Shown one piece after another: positions 16,766 to 25,493 of a stretch of DNA of 37,431 nt. The DNA lies in the NCBI GenBank assembly GCA_937917025.1, contig CALFSF010000220.1, forward strand, positions 1 through 37,431. Reading direction: 5' to 3'. The notes beneath the pieces were generated by a model. That model made no database searches and was not told where the DNA came from. It saw only the letters and a program-made list of their open reading frames with translations. The position numbers and the translations under genes were made by a program. Each line of letters opens with the position of its first letter. The stretch's first letter is position 1. Source of the stretch: an uncultured Paraburkholderia sp. Lineage in GTDB: Bacteria > Pseudomonadota > Gammaproteobacteria > Burkholderiales > Burkholderiaceae.

Positions 16766-18811
16766 TCAACGACGCGCCGACAGCCGGCGCACCACCGACA
16801 CCAGCGCATCGACTTCATCGCACGTGTTGTAGAACGCGAGCGAAGGCCGCACGGTCGCCTCGAGGCCGAAGCGCCGCAGAATCGGCTGTGCGCAATGATG
16901 GCCCGAACGGACGGCGATGCCCTCCTCGTTCAGCGCACTGCCCACCTCCTCCGTTTCATAGCCCTTCAGCACGAACGACAGCACGCTTGCCTTGTCGCGC
17001 GCCGTGCCGATCAGCCGCACGCCTGGCACCGGCTGCAGCACGCTCGTCGCATAGGCGAGCAGGTCGTGCTCGTAGCGCGCGATGTTTTCGATGCCCACCC
17101 GCGTCACATAGTCGAGCGCCGCGCCGAGACCAACGGCATCGGCAATGTTGCCCGTGCCCGCCTCGAAGCGGCCCGGCGGCGGCTGGAACACGGTGCGCTC
17201 GAAGGTCACGTCGGCGATCATGTTGCCGCCGCCCTGCCACGGCGGCATGTTTTCGAGAATCTCGCGCTTGCCGTACACCACGCCGATGCCGGTCGGACCG
17301 AACACCTTGTGGCCGGAGAACACGAAGAAATCCGCGTCGATCGCCTGCACGTCCACGCGCATGTGCGACACCGACTGCGCGCCGTCCACGAGCGCCTTCG
17401 CCCCCGCGCGATGCGCCAGCTCGACGATTTCCCGCACGGGCACCACCGTGCCGAGCGCATTCGACACCTGCGTGACCGACACGATCTTCGTGCGGTCGTT
17501 CAGCAGCCGGCGATATTCATTGAGCAGCACCTGGCCGCTGTCGTCGACCGGAATCACACGCAGCTTCGCGCCCGTTTGCGCGGCAAGCTGTTGCCAGGGC
17601 ACGATGTTCGCGTGATGCTCGAGGTGCGACACGATGATCTCGTCGCCGTCGCCGACGTTCTTCACGCCCCACGTCTTCGCGATCAGGTTGATGGCTTCGG
17701 TGGTGCCGCGCACGAAGATGATTTCGTCCGGCGACGACGCGCCGATGAAATGCTGCACCTTGCTGCGCGCGGCTTCGTATGCATCGGTGGCGCGTCCGGC
17801 GAGCGCGTGCGCTGCCCGATGGATGTTGGAGTTCTCGTGCGCGTAAAAATACGCGAGACGATCGATCACCGACTGCGGCTTGTGCGTCGTCGCGGCGTTG
17901 TCGAACCACACCAGTTGCCGGCCGTTCACGCGCTCCTGGAGGATCGGGAAATCGCGGCGAATCGCATGAACGTCGAATGGCGGATGCGCGGAGCCGCCCA
18001 CGCGCGGCACCGCGTCGCCGCGCCCCGGTTGCCCGTGAGCCGAACCCGCCGCATCGTCGACGAAATAACGCGAAGGCGCGTTGCCCGATGTACCCGCACC
18101 GGGTACAGCGCCGACCGGTGCATCATAGGGAAAGCGCTGGGCGGAAAGCGGCGCATCGACGCCCGGCAGGCCGAGCGATTGCGCGCTCACCGTGTTCCAC
18201 TGCGGCACGACGATGTCCGGCGCGTCGCCATCGGCGGAGCGCGGCAAGCCGGATTCGCCGAGAAAATAGTAAGGGGATGACGCGGGCAAAGGCGCCCCGC
18301 CCGCTGCCGGACGCTGCGCGCCGAGGCCTTCGGGCACGCCGAGCGCGGCGCCCCCAAAACGCGGATCGAGCGCGGGCGCGACGGTCGTGACGTTATCGGA
18401 CACGCCGTTCGGCGCAACCGCGTGCGGAACGAGCGAAGGCGCCCGGTTGCCGAGCGAGAGCACGTGCGTGGGCGCCGCCGGCAACAGATTGCCGCCCGGC
18501 ACATGGCCTTGCGGCAACGCCGCGCCCGGCACGCCAGTCCCGGTGCCGCCGGGACCCGCGAGCGGCGAACCGGCCGGCGCGGGATTGCCCGCTTCGGCGA
18601 GCACCGGCGCCGCGAACGGCAACGCGCCAGCGGCATCCGGAACGCCCGCCGTCACCCCCGCGGGCGCCGCACCGCCCGGCAATGCGCTAAAGAACGCATT
18701 GGCAAGCTGCGCGAGCGTCGCCGGATCGGGCAGCCCGGCTGGCGGCCCCGACGGCACGTCGTGCGGCAGAGCGTTGTCCATCGGATTACCTGTAGGTGTC
18801 TGCGTAGTCAT
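16766..18811 (-). CDS. Family 2A encapsulin cargo cysteine desulfurase (SufS-type with long disordered N-terminal cargo-loading region)
   Basis: LAQLANAFF motif in a Pro/Gly/Ala-rich N-terminus of about 270 aa; FDNAATT, FSGHK (PLP lysine) and RSGHHCAQP (group II catalytic Cys). Confidence 0.93.
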   Translation of the reverse strand: MTTQTPTGNPMDNALPHDVPSGPPAGLPDPATLAQLANAFFSALPGGAAPAGVTAGVPDAAGALPFAAPVLAEAGNPAPAGSPLAGPGGTGTGVPGAALPQGHVPGGNLLPAAPTHVLSLGNRAPSLVPHAVAPNGVSDNVTTVAPALDPRFGGAALGVPEGLGAQRPAAGGAPLPASSPYYFLGESGLPRSADGDAPDIVVPQWNTVSAQSLGLPGVDAPLSAQRFPYDAPVGAVPGAGTSGNAPSRYFVDDAAGSAHGQPGRGDAVPRVGGSAHPPFDVHAIRRDFPILQERVNGRQLVWFDNAATTHKPQSVIDRLAYFYAHENSNIHRAAHALAGRATDAYEAARSKVQHFIGASSPDEIIFVRGTTEAINLIAKTWGVKNVGDGDEIIVSHLEHHANIVPWQQLAAQTGAKLRVIPVDDSGQVLLNEYRRLLNDRTKIVSVTQVSNALGTVVPVREIVELAHRAGAKALVDGAQSVSHMRVDVQAIDADFFVFSGHKVFGPTGIGVVYGKREILENMPPWQGGGNMIADVTFERTVFQPPPGRFEAGTGNIADAVGLGAALDYVTRVGIENIARYEHDLLAYATSVLQPVPGVRLIGTARDKASVLSFVLKGYETEEVGSALNEEGIAVRSGHHCAQPILRRFGLEATVRPSLAFYNTCDEVDALVSVVRRLSARR

Positions 18812-19718
18812 GGTACTTGCCGATCTCCACGTCATCGAGGACCGCCAGCGCGTCCGGCGAATGCACTGCAAGCGAGCAGTACAGCGAGATCAGGTACGAA
18901 GCGATCGCATGGTTGTTGATCCCCATGAAACGTACCGACAGACCCGGACCCTGTTCGCCCGCGACGCCCGGCTGGAACAGGCCGACCACGCCCTGGCGCT
19001 TGTCGCCGACGCGCAGCAGCAGGATCTTGGTCTTGCCATCCGCGACCGGCACCTTGTCCGACGGAATCAGCGGAATGCCGCGCCACGTCAGGAACTGCGA
19101 GCCGAACAGGCTGGTGGTGGGCGGCGGCACGCCACGGCGCGTGCATTCACGGCCAAAAGCCGCGATCGCGAGCGGGTGCGTCAGGAAAAACGCCGGCTCT
19201 TTCCACACTTTGGTCAGCAGCTCATCGAGATCGTCCGGCGTCGGCGCGCCGGTCAGCGGAAACACGCGCTGTTCTTCGGCGACATTGGCGAGCAGGCCGT
19301 AATCCGGGTTGTTGATCAGCTGGCTTTCCTGCAATTCCTTGATCGTCTCGATCGTGAGGCGCAGCTGTTCCTTGATCTGGTCATGCGGGCTGCTATACAG
19401 GTCCGAAATGCGCGTGTGCACGTCGAGTACCGTGCTGACCGCATTCAGGAAGTATTCGCGCGGCGCTTCTTCGTAAGGCACGAACGTGCGCGGCAACTGG
19501 CTTTCGTCCTCGCGCGCGGTGCAGGCGGCAACGACGGCCTCGGGGTTCTTCACCTGATTCAGCCGGTAGATGCCGGCTTCGACCGGCAGCCATTGCAACA
19601 GGTGCGTGAGCCAGCGCGGCGTGATCGTCGAGAGCTGGGGAACGGTTTTGGTGGCATTGGCTAGTTGCCGTGCTGCGGTATCGCCGAGCGCCGTCAGGCC
19701 GCCCACTGTTGCTGTCAT
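18786..19718 (-). CDS. srpI: Family 2A encapsulin shell protein (SrpI / major membrane protein I)
   Basis: ALGDTAARQLANATKTVPQLSTITPRWL, LDVHTRISDLYSSPHDQ and GAPTPDDLDELL motifs. Confidence 0.95.
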   Translation of the reverse strand: MTATVGGLTALGDTAARQLANATKTVPQLSTITPRWLTHLLQWLPVEAGIYRLNQVKNPEAVVAACTAREDESQLPRTFVPYEEAPREYFLNAVSTVLDVHTRISDLYSSPHDQIKEQLRLTIETIKELQESQLINNPDYGLLANVAEEQRVFPLTGAPTPDDLDELLTKVWKEPAFFLTHPLAIAAFGRECTRRGVPPPTTSLFGSQFLTWRGIPLIPSDKVPVADGKTKILLLRVGDKRQGVVGLFQPGVAGEQGPGLSVRFMGINNHAIASYLISLYCSLAVHSPDALAVLDDVEIGKYHDYADTYR

Positions 19719-19772
19719 AGGAAGCTCCGGGGAGGTATAGAAGAAAAACAGGAAAGCTTATGAGCGGAACCG

Positions 19773-19801
19773 ATTATCGAGACAGCGATGCGGGCGCTCA
19801 A
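19773..19801 (-). promoter_or_regulatory. Putative internal sigma70 promoter for the shell and desulfurase genes
   Basis: Minus strand TTGAGC (19801-19796), 17-bp spacer, GATAAT (19778-19773). Confidence 0.4.
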
Positions 19802-19828
19802 CATGCTATAGACGGCAAACCGGCGATA

Positions 19829-20104
19829 TCAGCCGCCGTCTTCGCCGGCAGCATGCGCCGCCGTCACGGCGGGCGTGGTACGCGACCACGTGGACAGCGG
19901 ACAGAGCAGGTCCGCGACGCTCACGTCGAGCGCGGCGGCGAGCTTTTCGACGGTGACGATCGAAGCGATCGCCGCGCCCCGCTCCACTTCGCCCACGTAC
20001 GAGCGGTTCAGTCCCGCGTGCTCGGCGAGCTGCTCCTGCGACCAGCCGCGCGCTTCGCGCAGACGCCGCAGCGCCAGGCCCAGGTCGCGCACGATCACGG
20101 TCAT
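19829..20104 (-). CDS. XRE-family HTH regulator (C-protein-like)
   Basis: LRRLREARGWSQEQLAEHAGLNRSYVGEVERG; ATGA overlap with the acetyltransferase gene. Confidence 0.92.
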   Translation of the reverse strand: MTVIVRDLGLALRRLREARGWSQEQLAEHAGLNRSYVGEVERGAAIASIVTVEKLAAALDVSVADLLCPLSTWSRTTPAVTAAHAAGEDGG

Positions 20105-21078
20105 CGCGCGACGCCGGCTTCAGCCGTTGAGCGGGCCGCGGCAGTGGCCGCATGCAGCATATTGACGGTGCCACCGTGAGTCGCTTCGTTGCGCGATACG
20201 GCCTGGGTCACATGGGAGCCAGGCGCCACATCCTGCGTGAGCCACACGTTGCCGCCGATCACCGCGCCGCGGCCGAGCGTCACGCGGCCGAGAATGGTCG
20301 CGCCCGCGTAAATCACCACGTCGTCCTCGACAATCGGATGCCGCGCGAGGCCCTTCTCGAGATGGCCCTGGGCGTCGCGCGGAAACCGCTTCGCGCCGAG
20401 CGTCACGGCCTGATAGACGCGAACCCGCTCGCCGATGACCGACGTCTCGCCGATCACCACGCCCGTGCCATGGTCGATGAAGAAACTCGCGCCGATCCGC
20501 GCACCCGGATGGATATCGATGCCGGTTTCCGCATGGGCCTGTTCGGCGACGATCCGCGCAAGCAACGGCAGCCCGAGCCGGTAGAGTTCATGCGCGAAAC
20601 GATGATGGATCATCGCGAGCACGCCCGGATAGCACAGCAGCACTTCGTCGACGCTTCCCGCCGCCGGGTCGCCATGGAACGCGGCGAGCACGTCGCTATC
20701 GAGCAGCGCGCGGATCTGCGGCAGCTTCGCCGCGAATGCCCTGACCGCGACGCCCGCCCGTTGCTCGATGTCGTCCGCGGACGGCTGGTCGTGGCGCGCG
20801 CGATAGTGCAACTCGAGCCGCGCCTGGGCCATCAATCCATGCAGCGCGGAATCGAGCGCGTGCCCGACATAGAAATTTTCGCTTTCCTGGCGCAGGTCGG
20901 GCGGCCCGAGCCGCATCGGAAACAGCACGCCCTTCAGCGTATTGACGATGTCCGCGAGCGCTTCGCGTGCGGGCAATTCCCGCCCGCCTGGTTCGAGCGA
21001 GCGTTTTTGCACTTCACGCCATTGCTGGCGAGCCGTTTGCAGCGCCTGAACGATGTCGTCGATATCGAAAACAGCCAC
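20101..21078 (-). CDS. epsC: Serine O-acetyltransferase (EpsC/CysE type)
   Basis: GDPAA, CYPG, TGIDIHPGARIG, FIDHGTGVVIGET and RHPIVED motifs; start GTG at 21078 assumed. Confidence 0.92.
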   Translation of the reverse strand: MAVFDIDDIVQALQTARQQWREVQKRSLEPGGRELPAREALADIVNTLKGVLFPMRLGPPDLRQESENFYVGHALDSALHGLMAQARLELHYRARHDQPSADDIEQRAGVAVRAFAAKLPQIRALLDSDVLAAFHGDPAAGSVDEVLLCYPGVLAMIHHRFAHELYRLGLPLLARIVAEQAHAETGIDIHPGARIGASFFIDHGTGVVIGETSVIGERVRVYQAVTLGAKRFPRDAQGHLEKGLARHPIVEDDVVIYAGATILGRVTLGRGAVIGGNVWLTQDVAPGSHVTQAVSRNEATHGGTVNMLHAATAAARSTAEAGVAR

Positions 21079-21132
21079 AACGGCCCCCGGTCGAATAAGT
21101 ATCAATAGATAGCGCGGATAAAACGGGCGACG

Positions 21133-21600
21133 CTAGTCCTGCACCCACGGCAGGTCGTGAAAACGCCAGCCGTTGGTGGCGCCACGGCGTTGCGCCGCGT
21201 CCAGTTCGCCTTCGAAGCCTTCCAGAACGTTGAATACCTGGCTGAAGCCCGCTTTCGCGGCCGCTTCGGCGGCCTGCGCGGAACGATTGCCGCTGCGGCA
21301 CAGCAGCAGCACCACCGCGTCCTTGCCGGTCTTCGCCTCCAGTTCGCGGACGAAGCGCGGATTGCGCGTCAGGCTCGTGCCCGTTGCCCACGCCACGTGC
21401 AGGCTGTCCGGCACAAAGCCAACAAATTTGCGCTCCTCCGCGGTGCGCACGTCGACCAGCAGCGCGTCGCCCGCCGACACGAGTGCCCACGCATCGCGCG
21501 GTGCGATTCCGCCCGCGTAAGCGAGTCCCGTCTCTGCCGCAGCCGATCGCGCCGCCTCCAGCAACGCGTGCGCGGGCCGCTCTTCGAGTTCAACCGTCAT
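21133..21600 (-). CDS. Rhodanese-domain sulfurtransferase
   Basis: LVDVRTAEE, active-site loop CRSGNRS, NVLEGFEG. Confidence 0.93.
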   Translation of the reverse strand: MTVELEERPAHALLEAARSAAAETGLAYAGGIAPRDAWALVSAGDALLVDVRTAEERKFVGFVPDSLHVAWATGTSLTRNPRFVRELEAKTGKDAVVLLLCRSGNRSAQAAEAAAKAGFSQVFNVLEGFEGELDAAQRRGATNGWRFHDLPWVQD

Positions 21601-21666
21601 GACCTCTCCTTGTGCGAGTGTGTGTCTGGCCAGCCGTCAGAAAACCGTCTATAGCCATCAAGACAC

Positions 21667-21718
21667 ACTATGAAAGAGCGCACGCGGAAGGCGAACCAAT
21701 AAATTCCGATTTCTAAAG
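21667..21718 (-). promoter_or_regulatory. Putative sulfur-starvation promoter (copy B): -10 CATAGT plus box
   Basis: actatg, 18 bp, then gcgaaccaataaattccgatttctaaag. Confidence 0.55.
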
Positions 21719-21783
21719 AAGCGCCAGTGGTGATGTTTTGTGTGAACAAATTCCCGCGCGCGAGGCGCACGCGACCGTGCCCG

Positions 21784-22620
21784 TCAAAAGAAGAGCAATG
21801 AGCGCAATTCGATGCTTCGACGCGGCCGCGCGTCGATGGACGACGTCGGATCGTCGAACGCCGTATGCGCGCTCAGACGCGCGATCGAATCGCCTGCGGA
21901 GTCGTAGATCTTCAGCAGCAGGAATTCGTCGGGCGTCATGCGTGGAAAGTAATACCAGCGGTGACGGGGATTGAACACAAGCGCATAGGTCTCGCCTACT
22001 TTGTCCGGATACACCAGATCGGACGCGACCAGATCGTTGAGCGCGATGCTGCGCGAGTCGCATAGCGCCAGCGGCGACGACTCCACCGTCTCGACCGGAC
22101 GCCACAGGTTGACGATCGCCACGCGGCCTTTCAGCAGCTGTTCCGCCTCGTCCGGCGGAAGATGATCGCGCACCCGGCGCGGCCCCGAAACGAAGGTCTG
22201 ATCGTTGTGGATGTACTTGACCGGTTCCCGGATGCCGTCGGCACGTGCCGCCGTGCCGTCGCGCAAGGTGTGATCGAAAACGACCACTCTGCGCGCGCCG
22301 GTGGCGTCCTTCAACAACTGTTCCGACTCCCGGTAGTAGACCGATTCGATCGCCGCGCGATCCGAAAAATCGCTGACGGCGCTCGCGTGCCGATGCAGTT
22401 CGAAACCGTTACGATCGAGCGACAACGCGCCTGGCGGCGGCGCGACGCGCGCATTCGAAATGGACACCCGATACGGTCGATAGACGCCGCTGCGTTTCGC
22501 CACGCCCGGCGGTGGATCGTACTGGTAAGAGACGGGCTTTGCGCCGTTGTATTCGAGGTAGTTCAGCTCGGCCTCGATCTTCGCGGCCAGCACCGGTGTG
22601 TCGATTGCGATGTCGCTCAT
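21784..22620 (-). CDS. CmcJ/NvfI (AsaB-like) family Fe(II)/2-oxoglutarate-type oxidoreductase
   Basis: LDRNGFEL, VFDHTLR, IHNDQT (HxD), NLWRP, PLALCD, AHTAF and RRSIELR motifs; start MSDIAI at 22620. Confidence 0.85.
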   Translation of the reverse strand: MSDIAIDTPVLAAKIEAELNYLEYNGAKPVSYQYDPPPGVAKRSGVYRPYRVSISNARVAPPPGALSLDRNGFELHRHASAVSDFSDRAAIESVYYRESEQLLKDATGARRVVVFDHTLRDGTAARADGIREPVKYIHNDQTFVSGPRRVRDHLPPDEAEQLLKGRVAIVNLWRPVETVESSPLALCDSRSIALNDLVASDLVYPDKVGETYALVFNPRHRWYYFPRMTPDEFLLLKIYDSAGDSIARLSAHTAFDDPTSSIDARPRRSIELRSLLFF

Positions 22621-22762
22621 GTTCGCATCCTCGCGAAACCCAAAACGATTCATTGGACGGCCGCGGGTTGGTTTCCCGCGGCCATGCGCTGCGCGGCAGC
22701 CAGTGCAGATCCCGGTGAGTGCCGGCCACATCGAGGGCGGCACGCGCAGGCGCCGTCTTTTC

Positions 22763-22814
22763 AGCGTAAACGAGCGGAACGCAAGGCGGAAATAACGAAT
22801 CGTGGAAAGTAAAG
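22763..22814 (-). promoter_or_regulatory. Putative sulfur-starvation promoter (copy C): -10 TACGCT plus box
   Basis: agcgta, 18 bp, then cggaaataacgaatcgtggaaagtaaag. Confidence 0.45.
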
Positions 22815-22845
22815 CGCAGCCCGATACGGCGATCACCAACCCCGG

Positions 22846-23604
22846 CTAGACGCGCCGCACCGGTTGCGCGGCGGCCAGCGCCGTCGCGTCTTCGGTGCGC
22901 TCCGGCGTACCCGTGTCGCGAACGCGACGACGTGTACGTCCAGTGATCGCCCACGTTGCCAGCGCGTCGAGCGACGTGCACAGAAGCAGATAGACAAGGC
23001 CGACGAACAGGAAGATCTGCACGGGATACACCATGAGACGGCTATTCACCTGATTGGCGAGGAATGCGAATTCCGGCACGCCGACGATATAGGCAAGCGA
23101 CGTATCCTTCACGAGCGATACCCACTGGTTGATGAACGACGGCGCCATGATCCGGATCGCCTGCGGCAACAACACATGACGCAAGGCCTGGGCGCGCGTG
23201 AGGCCGAGCGAAAGCGCCGCCTGCAACTGTCCATCGCCGGTCGCCACGATACCCGCATGCACCGAATGCGACAGATACGCTCCGCCGATCAGCGCCAGTG
23301 CGCACACCACGGTGGCAAGGCCGGGCACGTCGACGTGCAGCAGGATTGGCATCAGGAAGAATGTCCAGAAGATCAGCATCAGCACAGGAATGGCGCGGAA
23401 GAAACCGATCACCATCAGCAGCACGACGTGGGCGGTCCTTTGCGTGAGCGCGAGGGCCACGCCGCCCGCGAGTCCCAGCAGCGCCGACAGCGACGCGGAA
23501 ACGACGGCCATCACCACCGTCAGCGCGGCGCCGCCGAGCGGCCCGTGCGGAAAGTTGCCGACCAGCAGGTACGGAATGTTCGACAGCAGCGGCGAAAGGT
23601 CCAT
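22846..23604 (-). CDS. Polar amino-acid ABC transporter permease
   Basis: FRAIPVL, AALSLGL, LLPQAIR and LVKDTSL motifs; GGAGG RBS before MDLSPLL. Confidence 0.9.
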   Translation of the reverse strand: MDLSPLLSNIPYLLVGNFPHGPLGGAALTVVMAVVSASLSALLGLAGGVALALTQRTAHVVLLMVIGFFRAIPVLMLIFWTFFLMPILLHVDVPGLATVVCALALIGGAYLSHSVHAGIVATGDGQLQAALSLGLTRAQALRHVLLPQAIRIMAPSFINQWVSLVKDTSLAYIVGVPEFAFLANQVNSRLMVYPVQIFLFVGLVYLLLCTSLDALATWAITGRTRRRVRDTGTPERTEDATALAAAQPVRRV

Positions 23605-23606
23605 GC

Positions 23607-24338
23607 CTACCTCCTGCCAGTGCGCGCACTGGCGCGTTGCGACAGCACGAGCCCCACTTCGAGCACCGCGATGGTGAGGATGTAAAGCACGGTCGCCGCG
23701 CCAAAGGCCTGGAACGTCTTGAACGTTTCGGTATCGACCTGGCGCGACGCATACGACAGTTCGGCGAGGCCGATCGCCATCGTCAGCGACGAATTTTTCA
23801 CGACGTTCATGTATTGCCCGAAGAGCGGCGGCGTCGCGATGCGCACCGCCTGCGGCAGGATCACATGAACGAACGCGCCAAACGGCGTGAGGCCCAACGC
23901 GGCCGCCGCCTGATGCTGGCCGGCGGGAACGCCCGACAGCCCCGCGCGAAACTCCTCGCCGATGAAGGCGGTGGTATAGCAGGTCAGCCCGAACCACCCC
24001 GCGACAAACTCGAACGACGGCCATCCCGGCGACACGACGCCGAGGTCCACCGCGTGCGGCGTATTCAACCAGTTCATCGTGGTTTCAGGCAGCAGTGTCG
24101 CCACGCCGAAATACCAGAACAACAGTTGCACGATCAGCGGTGAATTGCGAAAGACGAGCACATACAGTGCGGCGGCGCGCCGCAGCGGCGCGGCGCGTGA
24201 GCTGCGGGCAAGCGCCAGCAAAAAGCCGCACGCCGTCGCCGTGATCGCGACCAGGACTGAAAGCCCGAGCGTCATCCCGAAGCCGTGCCAGAGCCAGTTC
24301 ACGTACTTCGGCGCGAGCCATCCATTCATCGGGATCAT
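23607..24338 (-). CDS. Polar amino-acid ABC transporter permease
   Basis: FRNSPLIVQL, EEFRAG, ILPQAVR and VKNSSL motifs. Confidence 0.9.
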   Translation of the reverse strand: MIPMNGWLAPKYVNWLWHGFGMTLGLSVLVAITATACGFLLALARSSRAAPLRRAAALYVLVFRNSPLIVQLLFWYFGVATLLPETTMNWLNTPHAVDLGVVSPGWPSFEFVAGWFGLTCYTTAFIGEEFRAGLSGVPAGQHQAAAALGLTPFGAFVHVILPQAVRIATPPLFGQYMNVVKNSSLTMAIGLAELSYASRQVDTETFKTFQAFGAATVLYILTIAVLEVGLVLSQRASARTGRR

Positions 24339-24382
24339 GCGGTTTTAGAAAGTCATCGAACGACATCGAACACAAAGACAGA

Positions 24383-24415
24383 TCCGGCTGGCCACCGCAA
24401 GGTGGCTCAGCCGGA
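24383..24415 (-). terminator. Intercistronic stem-loop after the binding-protein gene
   Basis: tccggctg-gccacc-gcaa-ggtggc-t-cagccgga, followed on the minus strand by U-rich tctgtctttgtgtt. Confidence 0.55.
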
Positions 24416-24448
24416 CGACGCGCAACACCGGAAGAAACGACCGGACGC

Positions 24449-25267
24449 TCAACTCTTTTGAGGATCGCCGATCTTGAAGAGCCGTGGCAGCGGCGCGCGG
24501 CTCTTCGGGCCAAACCACTGGTTGTAGATGTTCGCCGCCGTGCCGTCCGCCTCGAGGCCTTTTAACGTATCGTTGACGAAGCCGAGCAGGCGCGGCTCGC
24601 CCTTCGGCACGCCCACACCTTCATAGTCGTTCGAAATGGTGAACGCCGGAATTTCGTATTTGTCGCGATCCGGCACGTTGGCGAGGAGCGCCACGAGCTT
24701 GGGGCCGTCCTGCGTGATCGCCTGCACGTTACCCGTGCGCAGCGCGGCGAACGCGAACGGCGTGTCGTCATACGCGACGATCGTGGCTTGCGGGAACTGG
24801 GCGCGTACCTGCTGTTCGTTGGTCGTTCCCTTGTCCGCGCCGATCCGCAGGCTGTTCAGCTGATCGGGCGTCTTCAGTACCCCCTTCCTTGCGATGAACT
24901 GCGTGCCGGAAGCGAAGTAAGGCGTGCTGAAATCGACTTCCTTCTTGCGTTCATCCGTGATCGTGAAGTTGGCGAACACGAGATCGACCTTCTTCGACGT
25001 CAGGAAGGCGATGCGGTTGGCCGGGTTGGTCGGCTGGATCTCGAGCTTTACACCCAGCTTGCTGGCGACGGCCTTTGCGTAATCCACGTCGAGACCGACG
25101 ATCTGGTTGGTCTTGGGGTCGACGAAGCCGAACGGCGCATTGCTGTCGAAGGTCGCCACGCGCAACACGCCGGCCTTTTTGATGTCATCCAGACGGTCCG
25201 CGTGAGCCACGCCCGACACGATAAACAGCAGCCCCATGGCGGCTGGCAACAGATATTTCACTTTCAT
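24449..25267 (-). CDS. Polar amino-acid ABC substrate-binding protein (family 3)
   Basis: Signal peptide AHA-D; DIKKAGVLRV, GLDVDYA and FTITDERKKEVDFSTPYF motifs. Confidence 0.92.
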   Translation of the reverse strand: MKVKYLLPAAMGLLFIVSGVAHADRLDDIKKAGVLRVATFDSNAPFGFVDPKTNQIVGLDVDYAKAVASKLGVKLEIQPTNPANRIAFLTSKKVDLVFANFTITDERKKEVDFSTPYFASGTQFIARKGVLKTPDQLNSLRIGADKGTTNEQQVRAQFPQATIVAYDDTPFAFAALRTGNVQAITQDGPKLVALLANVPDRDKYEIPAFTISNDYEGVGVPKGEPRLLGFVNDTLKGLEADGTAANIYNQWFGPKSRAPLPRLFKIGDPQKS

Positions 25268-25324
25268 TGGGTGGTCTTCCAGGGTTCGATGGCACGGGCA
25301 CTCGTGCGGTGCCTCGCGACCCCG

Positions 25325-25376
25325 AATGTAGCAACAGGCAGAACGCCCGCGAACCACGAAATTCTCGCTTGCTTAG
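25325..25376 (-). promoter_or_regulatory. Putative sulfur-starvation promoter (copy D): -10 TACATT plus box
   Basis: aatgta, 18 bp, then gcgaaccacgaaattctcgcttgcttag. Confidence 0.55.
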
Positions 25377-25493
25377 GGCGAACTGGAATAAGGGCGTCTT
25401 CCGCTCTCCTCCTGCCGTTTCTCCCTGCTGGACGCGCGCGTGCCAGCGTTCGCAGCCGACGTCATTTGCAATGCACGAATGGTTCGAACTATC

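Noticed and set aside
18786-19718. Prophage capsid gene
   Set aside because: The sequence is an SrpI-type encapsulin with its cargo enzyme; no terminase, portal or tail genes are present.
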